A stretch of 64,000 nucleotides of DNA, from positions 1-64,000 of the IMG/VR virus record IMGVR_UViG_3300033072_001097. One strand, given 5' to 3'. The notes beneath the pieces were generated by a model. The model was given only the letters and a program-made list of their open reading frames with translations. It made no database searches and was not told the DNA's origin. Below, one piece after another: positions 10,165 through 19,452 of this stretch; the first letter of the stretch is position 1, and each line of letters begins with the position of its first letter. The position numbers were made by a program, and so were the translations under genes. This DNA comes from a virus (lineage: Duplodnaviria > Caudoviricetes).

Positions 10165-11301
10165 TTATGCTAATTTGCCGTCTGCTGCCATCTTTTGTAT
10201 ATGCTCAATGAGTGCTGCTTGGTCACAGATATCACTTAATTTTTTATAAGCGACTTCCGAAGAAGTACATCCTCCCCAGCAATATCCCACAGCGGGACAT
10301 TCACGGCATTTTGGATCGCTGAATACGCACGCTGTTGCATTTAACTCCATTTGCCGTTGATTAATTGTATCAACACTGTCATAAATTGTGCCGAGGTGGC
10401 TACGACTATAGTAGTCGCTCGTGACGTTCCCGTCATAGTCAATGAGCATCATACCGACTCTATATTTACAACATCTTTGTGTTGTTAATTTGGGGCGTTG
10501 CAATGCTTTGGTATAAGAAGCAGTCACCGCCGGTTGCTTTATTGTTGGCAAAATCCGGCTAATTAAAACCTTCTGCACACCGAATTGTATCATTGTTTCA
10601 TAATATTGTCGTCGGTCCTCGACAGTGAACTTGTCACCGTCTACACAAGCTTGGATAATGAGCTTATCTTTTAGACCAGCAAATACGAGTTTCTTTAAAT
10701 TAGCTATTGTGGCTTGATAAGCATTCAGACTCTTGTCTAGAGGTAAGCGTTGATTGTTATGACAATCCTCTAAGCCGTCTATACTGACAGCCATATTGGT
10801 TAACTTCCTGAACAGCTCGAAATGTTTGTCCGTCAGTTCGACTGTGAGGTTTGTAACCATGTGATATGTTATATCTGTCGCTACATCCTCAAGACGCCGC
10901 ATTATCTCCAAACAGCGGTCGACCACCAATAAATTCTCACCGCCACTGAAATGAATTGTTAGCAACGGTGTCTTATATTCTGTGGTATATCTGCGGATGA
11001 AATCGACAATACCTGGAATATCTAGTTCATGATCTTCTTTTGCCACCAATTCATGACTTATTAAACAATGTGGGCATCTGAGATTACATTGTCGAGTGGT
11101 GATAATATGGGTAGAAAATCTCTTTATGCGCTGGTCATACACGCTTTGCAGTGCCTGCTCTTCTTGACCGGCCAAGAAGAAATCTTGCCGTAATTGTTCC
11201 TCAGGAGAGTCCAACGGTAAGGATTTTCTGGTAACGGTGTTGAAATATACTAATCGAGAATTAGTGTCCGTCGTTTGGACGACATGCCGCGATAATCGCA
11301 T
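10165..11301 (-). CDS. Radical SAM/SPASM maturase (copy 1)
   Basis: CNLRCPHC, FSGGE, VSIDG, C-terminal CCKY...CRECPAVGYCWGGC...C. Confidence 0.9.
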   Translation of the reverse strand: MRLSRHVVQTTDTNSRLVYFNTVTRKSLPLDSPEEQLRQDFFLAGQEEQALQSVYDQRIKRFSTHIITTRQCNLRCPHCLISHELVAKEDHELDIPGIVDFIRRYTTEYKTPLLTIHFSGGENLLVVDRCLEIMRRLEDVATDITYHMVTNLTVELTDKHFELFRKLTNMAVSIDGLEDCHNNQRLPLDKSLNAYQATIANLKKLVFAGLKDKLIIQACVDGDKFTVEDRRQYYETMIQFGVQKVLISRILPTIKQPAVTASYTKALQRPKLTTQRCCKYRVGMMLIDYDGNVTSDYYSRSHLGTIYDSVDTINQRQMELNATACVFSDPKCRECPAVGYCWGGCTSSEVAYKKLSDICDQAALIEHIQKMAADGKLA

Positions 11302-11915
11302 TATAGTTGAATCCAGAAATATGATGGTGTGCCACGCCGGTGCCCTAGCTCACCAGTCAAATACATAGAACCTATGCCGTGCGCTAAACGATATGCGGTA
11401 ACTGCCTCAATGATACCAAATCCACCACCCCAGCCTGGACTGGGAGTATAATCGTGCCCCGCAACTATCCCACCACTACGCACCTTCGGTGCCCAATGGA
11501 TTAAATCCACCATCACATTATCAAAATCGTGGGCAGCGTCAATATACACAAAATCCAACGAGCCATTTGGAACAGTGCGAGATGCGTCCACACTAGACAT
11601 CTGTCGGACAGTGACACCAGGAAGATGCCGATATACTCGTCTGGCTCTATTCCTGTGCATCAGCATCTGCTGCTCGTTTACGATGTCGGCGTATGGTAAC
11701 CACTGATCCACGCACAACAGTTTTAGATTCGGATTTGCCGCACATAGCACAGTGGAATAATCGCCCTCGAATACTCCGATTTCTGCGCCGTTGTTGAATC
11801 CTAGTTCTGCGAATAGTGTCGCCAGAGTGACACGGGTGCCTGTTTTAGAATAATATATTGGATATGAATTATCGATTTGGAAACGTTCGGCGATCAGATC
11901 GTGCGTAGAAGCCAT
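11301..11915 (-). CDS. Class I SAM-dependent methyltransferase (Methyltransf_24-like)
   Basis: GAEIGVFEG, LDFVYIDAAH, KVRSGGIVAGHDY. Confidence 0.88.
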   Translation of the reverse strand: MASTHDLIAERFQIDNSYPIYYSKTGTRVTLATLFAELGFNNGAEIGVFEGDYSTVLCAANPNLKLLCVDQWLPYADIVNEQQMLMHRNRARRVYRHLPGVTVRQMSSVDASRTVPNGSLDFVYIDAAHDFDNVMVDLIHWAPKVRSGGIVAGHDYTPSPGWGGGFGIIEAVTAYRLAHGIGSMYLTGELGHRRGTPSYFWIQL

Positions 11916-11917
11916 AG

Positions 11918-12259
11918 CTATTTTGGCTGTTGATCTGTTTTTTCTAAGAGTACGATTCTGTTAACTAATGTTATGGGAATATCAACTACTTCTAATTTGC
12001 CATCTTTGGCATGTTCTAGTAATTCTTTTATTTCCCGCAGATTGATGCGGGCTGTGGTTTCTATGGTGAGACCATCTTGGACTTCGGCGACAGTCTTTTT
12101 GCTGGATTCCAGCAACTCATTGAAATCTTCGGCTGCGGCTGTAACGATTTTACCTATAAGGGATGCTAAACCTTGGATATCATTCATGGTGGCATGACCA
12201 TGAGTGGCGGCATCCTGAACGGCATCATTGACTACATTACGGATTCGGTTACCAAACAT
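11918..12259 (-). CDS. Hypothetical protein
   Basis: ORF in operon orientation. Confidence 0.6.
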   Translation of the reverse strand: MFGNRIRNVVNDAVQDAATHGHATMNDIQGLASLIGKIVTAAAEDFNELLESSKKTVAEVQDGLTIETTARINLREIKELLEHAKDGKLEVVDIPITLVNRIVLLEKTDQQPK

Positions 12260-12332
12260 ACTGAATTCCGATACAATAAGAGGTGTTTTACATCATAGAT
12301 TTGTATTCAGTCAATAGATATGAAGAATTGTG

Positions 12333-12878
12333 TTAGGTACCATATCCGCTGCGAGTCATAAATTGTTGTGGCATCCCCATCATACTATTCTTGGTGGCGT
12401 ATGGCTCGCCAACCTTCTTCGGATTCATCGGCACAGTCAGGTCCACATAACCAGCTTGGTGGGACTCCAAGACCCTCGTAATGAATGTAATCACTCTCCG
12501 TGGGGTGGTTTGTCGCCGAGCATTGGTGACTGTCCCTTCCGGAATCATCAGGAAGCCACTTTGGAGCTGTCGGGCTAAACCTCGAAGGTCATTGTGGTAT
12601 GTCTGGCCCAGGTACATTCGCTGGTTTCCCAAGACAAACAGATTCCATCCGAGAACCGCTTTGCCTTGGTAGGTGTCCACTTCTTCCGCAAAGGGGACGA
12701 TTTCTACCTTCGTCGTAAGTTGCGGAATGGCCATAGTAATATCTTGCAGAATGGCCGGATATAAATGCCGATCGAAGCTTTCCGTGAAGCCCTTCTCTAT
12801 AAAGTAACGAATAAGCATGCGACGGATAACTTCCGTGTTAGAGACATGCTTAATATTTTCAATAGTATGCGAATCCAT
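12333..12878 (-). CDS. Hypothetical protein
   Basis: ORF with GGAG RBS. Confidence 0.65.
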   Translation of the reverse strand: MDSHTIENIKHVSNTEVIRRMLIRYFIEKGFTESFDRHLYPAILQDITMAIPQLTTKVEIVPFAEEVDTYQGKAVLGWNLFVLGNQRMYLGQTYHNDLRGLARQLQSGFLMIPEGTVTNARRQTTPRRVITFITRVLESHQAGYVDLTVPMNPKKVGEPYATKNSMMGMPQQFMTRSGYGT

Positions 12879-12967
12879 AGGAATACTCCGGATAAAAATT
12901 TAGCCAAATTATATTTGAATATATAACTTAGGCAAACCACAGAGTGTTCATAAGGTCCGCAGCCGGA

Positions 12968-14044
12968 TCAGTTGCCGGTTTTGAGTCCCGCCATAAAGCC
13001 TTCCCCGCCTTTAGACCTATCAATCTTGCCAGCCGCCATGATTTTGTCAAAATCGGCTTTCGTGCAATAATTGATATAAATTAAACCAGCTGGCTCATCC
13101 TGGTAAAAGCTAGGCTCATTCGGATCGAGACTACATACCTCTTGTTCGATCTTAGCACCGGCCCCGATCTCTAGTTGTTCTACCTCCAAATTAGTATTAT
13201 CAATTCGTGCAGTATATGTCTCATCATTGCCTTGGCAGTTGAACGACAATGATGACATTACCTCAGAACTGGTGTCAAGCCAACGTGTCGGTTCACCAAC
13301 ACTAAAAGAATGTGCTGTAATACTTTGCCCTGAAATACCGCTCGATTTCAATTTATTACCAAAGCTCCCAAAGCTAGCCGTCCGCAAGACGTTTTGCGGC
13401 GGCGCAGGTTTAGGGGCCTTAGACAAATAAAAGCCCACCCCGATTGCCCACACGCGATCTTCGCCAATAATCTGTTGAGCAATTCCACGTAATGTTTCAC
13501 TCGTGATCAGAAATCCACGGATGGTGTTGTTTTCGGCTCTCCATCCGTCAATCCACAATGCACCACCTTGATGGCGTGCTGTGGTCATGTAATTCTGCGG
13601 TGGCCATTTACTTGGCATGGTCGTAACTGGCGAGCCATCGTAAACGCCCGGAACGTTATCATTACATTGTTGGCAGAAACGGTCGGCACCAAAATCGCAA
13701 CCATGAATTATACACTTGCTGCGATATTGCTCGAGCCGCAATGACTTCGTCGGTAGTCCCGTAATCGGATTGATACCTTGGACTGACAAAACGATTGCCA
13801 CATAATGGCTATGTGACCAATTTTTGTTAAAATCGAGCCATAAGTGTTTACCGGATTCGACCGGCAAAAAGTATGAGGCGGCATTACCGCTCCCATGCAT
13901 CCAATTGATGGGGCAAGCATAATCGTCTACTTGATAGACGTTTTGCAGATTGTACGGTGGGAGCCCATGTACGCCGTCGCCTTGTGGGGCGTCTGGTAGA
14001 TTGATCTGGGCATACAGGCCATTTACTGACATAATATTATTCAT
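12968..14044 (-). CDS. Conserved uncharacterised protein with Cys insert
   Basis: YFLPV..HLWLDF, VQGINPITG, QNYM, WIDGW, IGAGAKIEQ motif series; start MNNIMS with AAGGA RBS. Confidence 0.65.
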   Translation of the reverse strand: MNNIMSVNGLYAQINLPDAPQGDGVHGLPPYNLQNVYQVDDYACPINWMHGSGNAASYFLPVESGKHLWLDFNKNWSHSHYVAIVLSVQGINPITGLPTKSLRLEQYRSKCIIHGCDFGADRFCQQCNDNVPGVYDGSPVTTMPSKWPPQNYMTTARHQGGALWIDGWRAENNTIRGFLITSETLRGIAQQIIGEDRVWAIGVGFYLSKAPKPAPPQNVLRTASFGSFGNKLKSSGISGQSITAHSFSVGEPTRWLDTSSEVMSSLSFNCQGNDETYTARIDNTNLEVEQLEIGAGAKIEQEVCSLDPNEPSFYQDEPAGLIYINYCTKADFDKIMAAGKIDRSKGGEGFMAGLKTGN

Positions 14045-14111
14045 TGGTGTTTCCTTGCTGATGGCGGCTCTGCATATACAGAGCCGCATGGGATGGAAGA
14101 ACAACTAAGAA

Positions 14112-14972
14112 TTAAGAGCGAACGTGAAGAACGTGAAACGGATCGTTCGACTTTTGTCCGCTACTACCAATACGGATTTTGAGTTGTGGGAGAGTATTGG
14201 CTTGCTTTCGCAATTGGAATTGTTTGGCAGCCTGTTGCCAGCGTTTGGCCACTTGGTTGAAGCTCTGCCCAGCGACTTTCTCCCAAAGTTCATATTCGCT
14301 GTGAGGGGCAGCTTCTTTGGTCTCTTTGACGGCGATGTACAGGAGTTGTTGTACATCAGTCGGGATAGTAGACCAATCAAAATCCGGCATCTTGCTGAGT
14401 GGTGTGCCGGGTTTGGCAGGATTCTCTGATACGAATCGGTCTGGTCGTTGTCCGACGGCATATGTAGGGAGTCCGACCACACCGCCAACGCTTACAATAT
14501 CACGTTCTGGATAACCATCCAGAATTTCTTGGACGAGCAATTTGCTCATTTCCACGTCGTACCGTCCTTCTTCGTCAAATGCCAAGCATTTGCGTTTGCC
14601 GGTAGCTTCTGCGATCCGTCGCCCGTAGGGGCTGGTCGGATCATCAGGACGATAGTATTCAACACATTCGACTGGTGACAAGGAAATAGCATGCTTTTCC
14701 GGGTCACTGGTGACGTCGATTACCATTTTGGTCGGCGGGGGAGTATCGTCGTCTTGTCCTCTAAAAATAAGGGCGATACGGCGGGCTTTACCTCGTGGTA
14801 ATCCGCAATCTTCTAAGTCTTCAAAGCGAAGACAAGATATATCATCTTCCTTGATTTTGTCGATGGAATTGTAGCCGAAGAATTCAGCTAACTTCTTGCA
14901 GAAATGGTCCCAATTGACCGAGGTGCCTTCAAGATTGGCACGCGCTGACGCTAACTTTGTCTCGATGGACAT
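14112..14972 (-). CDS. Hypothetical protein with N-terminal SAM (sterile alpha motif)-like segment
   Basis: LRFEDLEDCGLPRGKARRIA; AGGAG RBS. Confidence 0.6.
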   Translation of the reverse strand: MSIETKLASARANLEGTSVNWDHFCKKLAEFFGYNSIDKIKEDDISCLRFEDLEDCGLPRGKARRIALIFRGQDDDTPPPTKMVIDVTSDPEKHAISLSPVECVEYYRPDDPTSPYGRRIAEATGKRKCLAFDEEGRYDVEMSKLLVQEILDGYPERDIVSVGGVVGLPTYAVGQRPDRFVSENPAKPGTPLSKMPDFDWSTIPTDVQQLLYIAVKETKEAAPHSEYELWEKVAGQSFNQVAKRWQQAAKQFQLRKQANTLPQLKIRIGSSGQKSNDPFHVLHVRS

Positions 14973-14985
14973 GTTCTTTCTCCTA

Positions 14986-15126
14986 ACTCTCTACTCTCTC
15001 GAAACTCGACTCACTCTCTACTCACTCTACTCCAGGCTTACCACCCTGGCGTGGTTAAAAGGCTTGCTGTCGGAACCAATCCCTCCGGGTCCGAACCATC
15101 GCTGGAATTGGATCAGCAAGCACGCC
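14986..15126 (-). promoter_or_regulatory. Structured 5' leader with GAGT/GAGAG repeats before the RBS
   Basis: Nested stems 15048-15053/15121-15126 and 15062-15069/15114-15121; hairpin 15032-15049; purine repeat tract 14986-15032. Confidence 0.45.
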
Positions 15127-15156
15127 TCTACCCTTAAATACGTTTGATTATAATCA

Positions 15157-15450
15157 TCAAAGTATTTCTATATCTCCGTCTACAGATGCTGCTCTTTTAT
15201 ATTCTGCATTACACTGTTCACACCAGTCACCCTCGATCACACCATGTTCGCATATGTCAGGATCGGGCTCATACTGCCGCAATCGTGCTTGTAAATGCTT
15301 GATTTTTGTTTCTAGAATAGCAATTTTCTCTTGCAATTGAAGAGTCTCTGCTATTACTCGATTGTTTTCGTCTTGTGTCACTGGATATGGTGTAAAAATT
15401 TCACCACTATCGTTGCTTGACCCATGTGGTCCCGTCCCAGTGTGGCCCAT
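15157..15450 (-). CDS. Hypothetical protein
   Basis: Coiled coil plus CEHG...WCEQC. Confidence 0.6.
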   Translation of the reverse strand: MGHTGTGPHGSSNDSGEIFTPYPVTQDENNRVIAETLQLQEKIAILETKIKHLQARLRQYEPDPDICEHGVIEGDWCEQCNAEYKRAASVDGDIEIL

Positions 15451-16331
15451 TATTTTTCCTCCAATTGTTGTGTATATTTAGTTATCCACTCTGGGACAGT
15501 CTTTGGACCTTCAATCCCGCCGATATTCAAATACATCAACAATGCGTCTGAAATAGCTGATCGTTCATCAAATTTGCCGTTCATGACTGCTATAGCTACC
15601 TCATACGCCAGTTTGTCGGCAGCGACAAGTCGCTGCCGAAGGGAGTGCTGGTCAAGGTCCAACACATTCCATTTTTCATACCACTTTCCCTTCTCAGCTT
15701 CCGCCGCCGTTAGTTTGTTGGCGGAATCCATTGCCGCACGTACGGCACCTTCCGTAATCGCTTTTTGATCGGCGACTATACCCCTCCAGCCGTTGCGATG
15801 TACGTCACAATCACCGTCGTAGTTGTGGTCACGTTCACAACATTGTACTAATGGTTTCATCCGCTCAATTTCGGCTAAGGCGGTTTTGAGTTTCCTGTTC
15901 GCCTCAACAAACTTCATTTCCATCTGGGTTTCGCGGATGTCGGACCCTTGTAACCGTCGGTTGTCCTCCCGCAACGAAGCGATTTCAGCCTCCATTGCGA
16001 TGAGGCGTTGTTGTAGCTCACCGATTGCACGACTGTGGTCGTCGTCACCAGCGACGATCTCCCGCAGTGCGTCTAATTCCTGCTCTGCAAGCGATCTGTC
16101 GTAGTCTGGTACCCGACTGGATTCGTTCGTCACTACTTCTCTCCCGCTGACTTCATCTTCTGGCCAGATGATTGTGTCATATTTCCCAGTGAATGCACGC
16201 CACGCTTCCCTGAGTCGCTCGCGTAACGTACGCACCTTCCAGTTGACTGGTCTTGCTGGCACCCAGTGACCGGAGATGCAGGTTTGTGGGACATCCTCAC
16301 GAATCAAATCCATAAGCCGCCATGTTGTCAT
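15450..16331 (-). CDS. Hypothetical coiled-coil phage protein
   Basis: ORF in small-gene array. Confidence 0.65.
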   Translation of the reverse strand: MTTWRLMDLIREDVPQTCISGHWVPARPVNWKVRTLRERLREAWRAFTGKYDTIIWPEDEVSGREVVTNESSRVPDYDRSLAEQELDALREIVAGDDDHSRAIGELQQRLIAMEAEIASLREDNRRLQGSDIRETQMEMKFVEANRKLKTALAEIERMKPLVQCCERDHNYDGDCDVHRNGWRGIVADQKAITEGAVRAAMDSANKLTAAEAEKGKWYEKWNVLDLDQHSLRQRLVAADKLAYEVAIAVMNGKFDERSAISDALLMYLNIGGIEGPKTVPEWITKYTQQLEEK

Positions 16332-16334
16332 CGT

Positions 16335-16658
16335 TCACCTAACATGTTGATGTATATGCCAACGGATAATTTCTGGGGCTAGTGAAGTTGTACCCTGTTC
16401 AACCCATGTTAGATAACCAACGAGTTGAATGTCTAGATAAGCAGGATCTTGGACTGCCTGATCGAAGATAGTGTCTAGGTGGGCGAGGTCGTCTGGCTCG
16501 ATTGTCTCATATCGGCTCTTCCAGAATTGCCACCATTTGGGTTGGATTGCTTTGGGCACCCATTTGGATTGTCTTTTACCGAGGGTGATCCAATCGTGTG
16601 TAGCACGTGATCTGGCTCGGACTTCGTAGAGGTCGTATACTATTCGGTATGTTGCCAT
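16335..16658 (-). CDS. Hypothetical protein
   Basis: ORF in array; PKWWQFWK motif. Confidence 0.6.
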   Translation of the reverse strand: MATYRIVYDLYEVRARSRATHDWITLGKRQSKWVPKAIQPKWWQFWKSRYETIEPDDLAHLDTIFDQAVQDPAYLDIQLVGYLTWVEQGTTSLAPEIIRWHIHQHVR

Positions 16659-16673
16659 ATTAATCTTCGGTCT

Positions 16674-17174
16674 TTACATGACTCGCATTGCCTTAAACTG
16701 CTTCAAATCTTCGGTCAGTAGTTCAATCTCAGCCTTTGCGACGGCGAGACGCTTATTAGCGTCGTCCCGCTCGTTCCAATATCGTTGTTTTTCAAGCTGC
16801 TCCTTTTGCAAGTCGTTTTCCGCCCGCGATAATCGCTCGAGCGCAATAGCTTTCTCAGCATTTGCAGCGGCGAGCTTCTCTGTGGCTTCCTTCTCTCGTT
16901 TCAGAGCAGCCTTGAATTGCTTGACAACTGATTCCACTTCCAGCAGCGGCAATTTGTCAGGACCAACGCCACATCGTCGATTTACACCCTCGACAAATGC
17001 TTTCATGCGAGCGGTGAGTCGCTCATTTTCACGCGATAATTCTGCCGTTCTTCGTAATTGGGTGATAAACTGACGCTTGCGAGCGTCATCATCCTCCAGT
17101 GCCTCCCACAGCAATCCACCTGCTGTTGTTTCACTCATTCTCCACACCCTCCTCGCGCATAACTGCTGCAACAA
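16674..17174 (-). CDS. Hypothetical coiled-coil protein
   Basis: ORF in array; true start probably MSETTAGG. Confidence 0.6.
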   Translation of the reverse strand: MLQQLCARRVWRMSETTAGGLLWEALEDDDARKRQFITQLRRTAELSRENERLTARMKAFVEGVNRRCGVGPDKLPLLEVESVVKQFKAALKREKEATEKLAAANAEKAIALERLSRAENDLQKEQLEKQRYWNERDDANKRLAVAKAEIELLTEDLKQFKAMRVM

Positions 17175-17373
17175 GCCACGGAAACTCTTTCACCCAGTCC
17201 TTAATATTATCACAGCCGTCATAGTCCCGCGTGTCTGTAAACATACGAATTGCAGCTGATTTCCAGTCTGTGATTGACGGTGGTTGTGGCGGCACCCAAC
17301 CACAAAAACGGCATCGACCAGAGAAGCTGGCACGATGGATTCCATCGGACGCCTTTGGACATATATCCATCAC
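17131..17373 (-). CDS. Small hypothetical protein
   Basis: Cys-rich N-terminus; WVKEFPWLV. Confidence 0.55.
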   Translation of the reverse strand: MMDICPKASDGIHRASFSGRCRFCGWVPPQPPSITDWKSAAIRMFTDTRDYDGCDNIKDWVKEFPWLVAAVMREEGVENE

Positions 17374-17561
17374 TCCCTTTCTCCCACCTTCATGGCTTCT
17401 TTACCCCATGTTCCGTAGCCTTCTTTTGCTAGCTGTTTTAGTTTTTCAACTTCGGAAGGCGTGAGGAACGCTTCCCACTCGCCAACACCTAACCCTGCTC
17501 GATAAGCTCTATCTGCTGCGCAATATTCAATTTCTTCCGCAATCTTTTTACGTGCGTTCAT
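17370..17561 (-). CDS. Small hypothetical protein
   Basis: ORF coupled to the next gene by TGATG. Confidence 0.55.
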   Translation of the reverse strand: MNARKKIAEEIEYCAADRAYRAGLGVGEWEAFLTPSEVEKLKQLAKEGYGTWGKEAMKVGERE

Positions 17562-17695
17562 ATAGCTCCACTTCCTTTAATATTGTTTCAATTTCATCTG
17601 CTGCGCGGCAGACAACGCAGCGATAGTCAACTCTGTTTGTGCATTCAGCATATGGATCTAATTGTCCGCACAACTTCCGCAGTTCGTGAACTAGG

Positions 17696-18058
17696 TTATT
17701 GTCCATCACCCGTCTTCGTGGTTTCATCTGTTACTTCGTCCACTAACCAGGGCCATTCCTTCACACACCATTTCGCATCATCGCTTGACAAGGCCGGAAC
17801 AGCAAGTTCAAACAGTTTGCGTGCGGCGAGCCGGGCGGTGGAGTCCTGTTGAGCGATCTGGATGCCCTTTGTCATCGCTAATCGGTACTGCTCAGTCAGC
17901 CATTGAGCGAATCCGGCAGAATCAATGTCGTCTGGAATCGCAGTGTCGGATGGCATGCGATGTCTATTCTTGATCGAGTATGCAATTTGGTCTGGTGTAT
18001 ACCAGTCACATGCAAACTCCCATGCTGTCTTTCCATTTAGTCTCTCGTTCGTCATCAC
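17696..18058 (-). CDS. Hypothetical protein
   Basis: ORF in array; WCVKEWPWLV. Confidence 0.6.
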   Translation of the reverse strand: MMTNERLNGKTAWEFACDWYTPDQIAYSIKNRHRMPSDTAIPDDIDSAGFAQWLTEQYRLAMTKGIQIAQQDSTARLAARKLFELAVPALSSDDAKWCVKEWPWLVDEVTDETTKTGDGQ

Positions 18059-18215
18059 CCTCCCGCCTTCGCTTCGATTTCAGATCGAACCTGCAACATG
18101 ATTCCCAATTTCGCTTGCAGGGCACTCACTTCTGGCTTGTCCGAATACCCAAATCCATATACTTTTTGCAGTGCTTCAAGAATCAAACCTATTTCTTTCG
18201 CCGTAAGTGTCATCA

Positions 18216-18566
18216 TCACACCGCCGCCTTCGCGGCTTCATCTGAAGAATACCATTCGCTGAATTTCCATGTTGTCGCACCATTGCAGAGTCCGTTATCG
18301 TCTTCTGGAACGACATAACACAGCTTGACTTGCATCGTCACTAGATCACCATCTACGTACCGAAACAGTTGCGTTCCGTCTGTGATGGCAGCTCCATCTG
18401 CGGTGCGTGGAGTACCATTCAACGCAGCCTCCGCCTCCGCGAGCCGCTCCTCTGCCGCGATGGCCCTGGCACGCAATTGTCCATTCGTTTCGCGCAGATC
18501 AGCAGTAATATTCGCATCCGTTCGGTCAGCCATCCGTGTAATGTAGTCGTCTAGTCGCTCACTCAT
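18216..18566 (-). CDS. Hypothetical protein
   Basis: Start MSERLDDY at a TGATG junction. Confidence 0.6.
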   Translation of the reverse strand: MSERLDDYITRMADRTDANITADLRETNGQLRARAIAAEERLAEAEAALNGTPRTADGAAITDGTQLFRYVDGDLVTMQVKLCYVVPEDDNGLCNGATTWKFSEWYSSDEAAKAAV

Positions 18567-18799
18567 CACACCCCTCCCGCCTTCGTCAGCCATGCAAACA
18601 ATCCCGACAACACACCGTCTTCGAGTTTTCCAGTTAGCTTGTACTCCAGCCATTCCTGGAACAGCGGAAGCAGGTCGTTCTCGTTCAGATCCACCGTCTC
18701 TCCTGACAGCGTCTCTACCTTACACCACAGGCTTCCCCCTCCACGTGTCCACAGGAACCCGTTCTTGCAGTCCACCTGCTTACGGACGAATCCCATCAC
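18566..18799 (-). CDS. Small hypothetical protein
   Basis: ORF ending KAGGV* in the junction repeat. Confidence 0.55.
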   Translation of the reverse strand: MMGFVRKQVDCKNGFLWTRGGGSLWCKVETLSGETVDLNENDLLPLFQEWLEYKLTGKLEDGVLSGLFAWLTKAGGV

Positions 18800-19073
18800 A
18801 CCCTCCAGCCGCCTTCGCAGCTTCTTCCTTGTAGTTGTTCACGATCGCCTGGATGCACTCGCTTTCCTCCCAGTGTTGGCAATCGCCAGTGAAGCAACCG
18901 AACTAATTCAGGTTCCGTATCACCCAGGCAGCAAGATTGATACGGTCTGTCGCACGCTCAGTCTCCGCAGTGGCTAGCTTCGTTTCCAGGTCATCGATTC
19001 GCTGGTGTATTGCGCACATCTTCACCAGTTTGACGCCATCCCACGTACACTTACTACATTGTTGTTCGTTCAT
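18780..19073 (-). pseudogene. Small ORF interrupted by an in-frame TAG (18903-18905)
   Basis: MNEQQCSKC...VIRNLN*FGCFTGDCQHWEESECIQAIVNNYKEEAAKAAGG. Confidence 0.4.
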
Positions 19074-19226
19074 ACATTTATCCCTTCTCTTTCGATTCCT
19101 CTCCCGCTCTGTAAAGACCGTAAGTAGCAGCGAATATACAAATTATACAAGACATCCATGCACCCTTCATCCCAGCGGCAAATGCAAGCCCACACGTAAA
19201 ACCAGCCTGCCAGACCCATGCATATT

Positions 19227-19421
19227 TCACCCCACACCTCCCACCGTATTGGTGACTAACGGAATAGGCTTGCTGCACGTTTCACATTGGCAGACAGCAT
19301 GACGTCGCAACGTGATTATCTCTTTCGCGAGTGCATGCAAAGCACGAATGCACTCCTCCTGCGACGGATACTCACATATTGATGGACATATTTCTTTGAT
19401 AATAATAGTTGTTTGATACAT
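19227..19421 (-). CDS. Small hypothetical protein
   Basis: GGAGG RBS; Cys-rich. Confidence 0.5.
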   Translation of the reverse strand: MYQTTIIIKEICPSICEYPSQEECIRALHALAKEIITLRRHAVCQCETCSKPIPLVTNTVGGVG

Positions 19422-19452
19422 CGTACACCTCCCGCCTTGATGTTACAAACAA

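Larger units (their letters stand above)
18053..19439 (-). repeat. Dispersed gene-junction repeat GAAGGCGG..GAGGG(T)GTGATG
   Basis: Copies at 18053-18072, 18214-18233, 18564-18586, 18794-18818, 19419-19439. Confidence 0.7.

Noticed and set aside
14986-15032. CRISPR or mini-array in the short repeats here, at 24441-24473 and at 18053-19439
   Set aside because: Units are too short or degenerate, lack regular unique spacers, and no cas genes are present.
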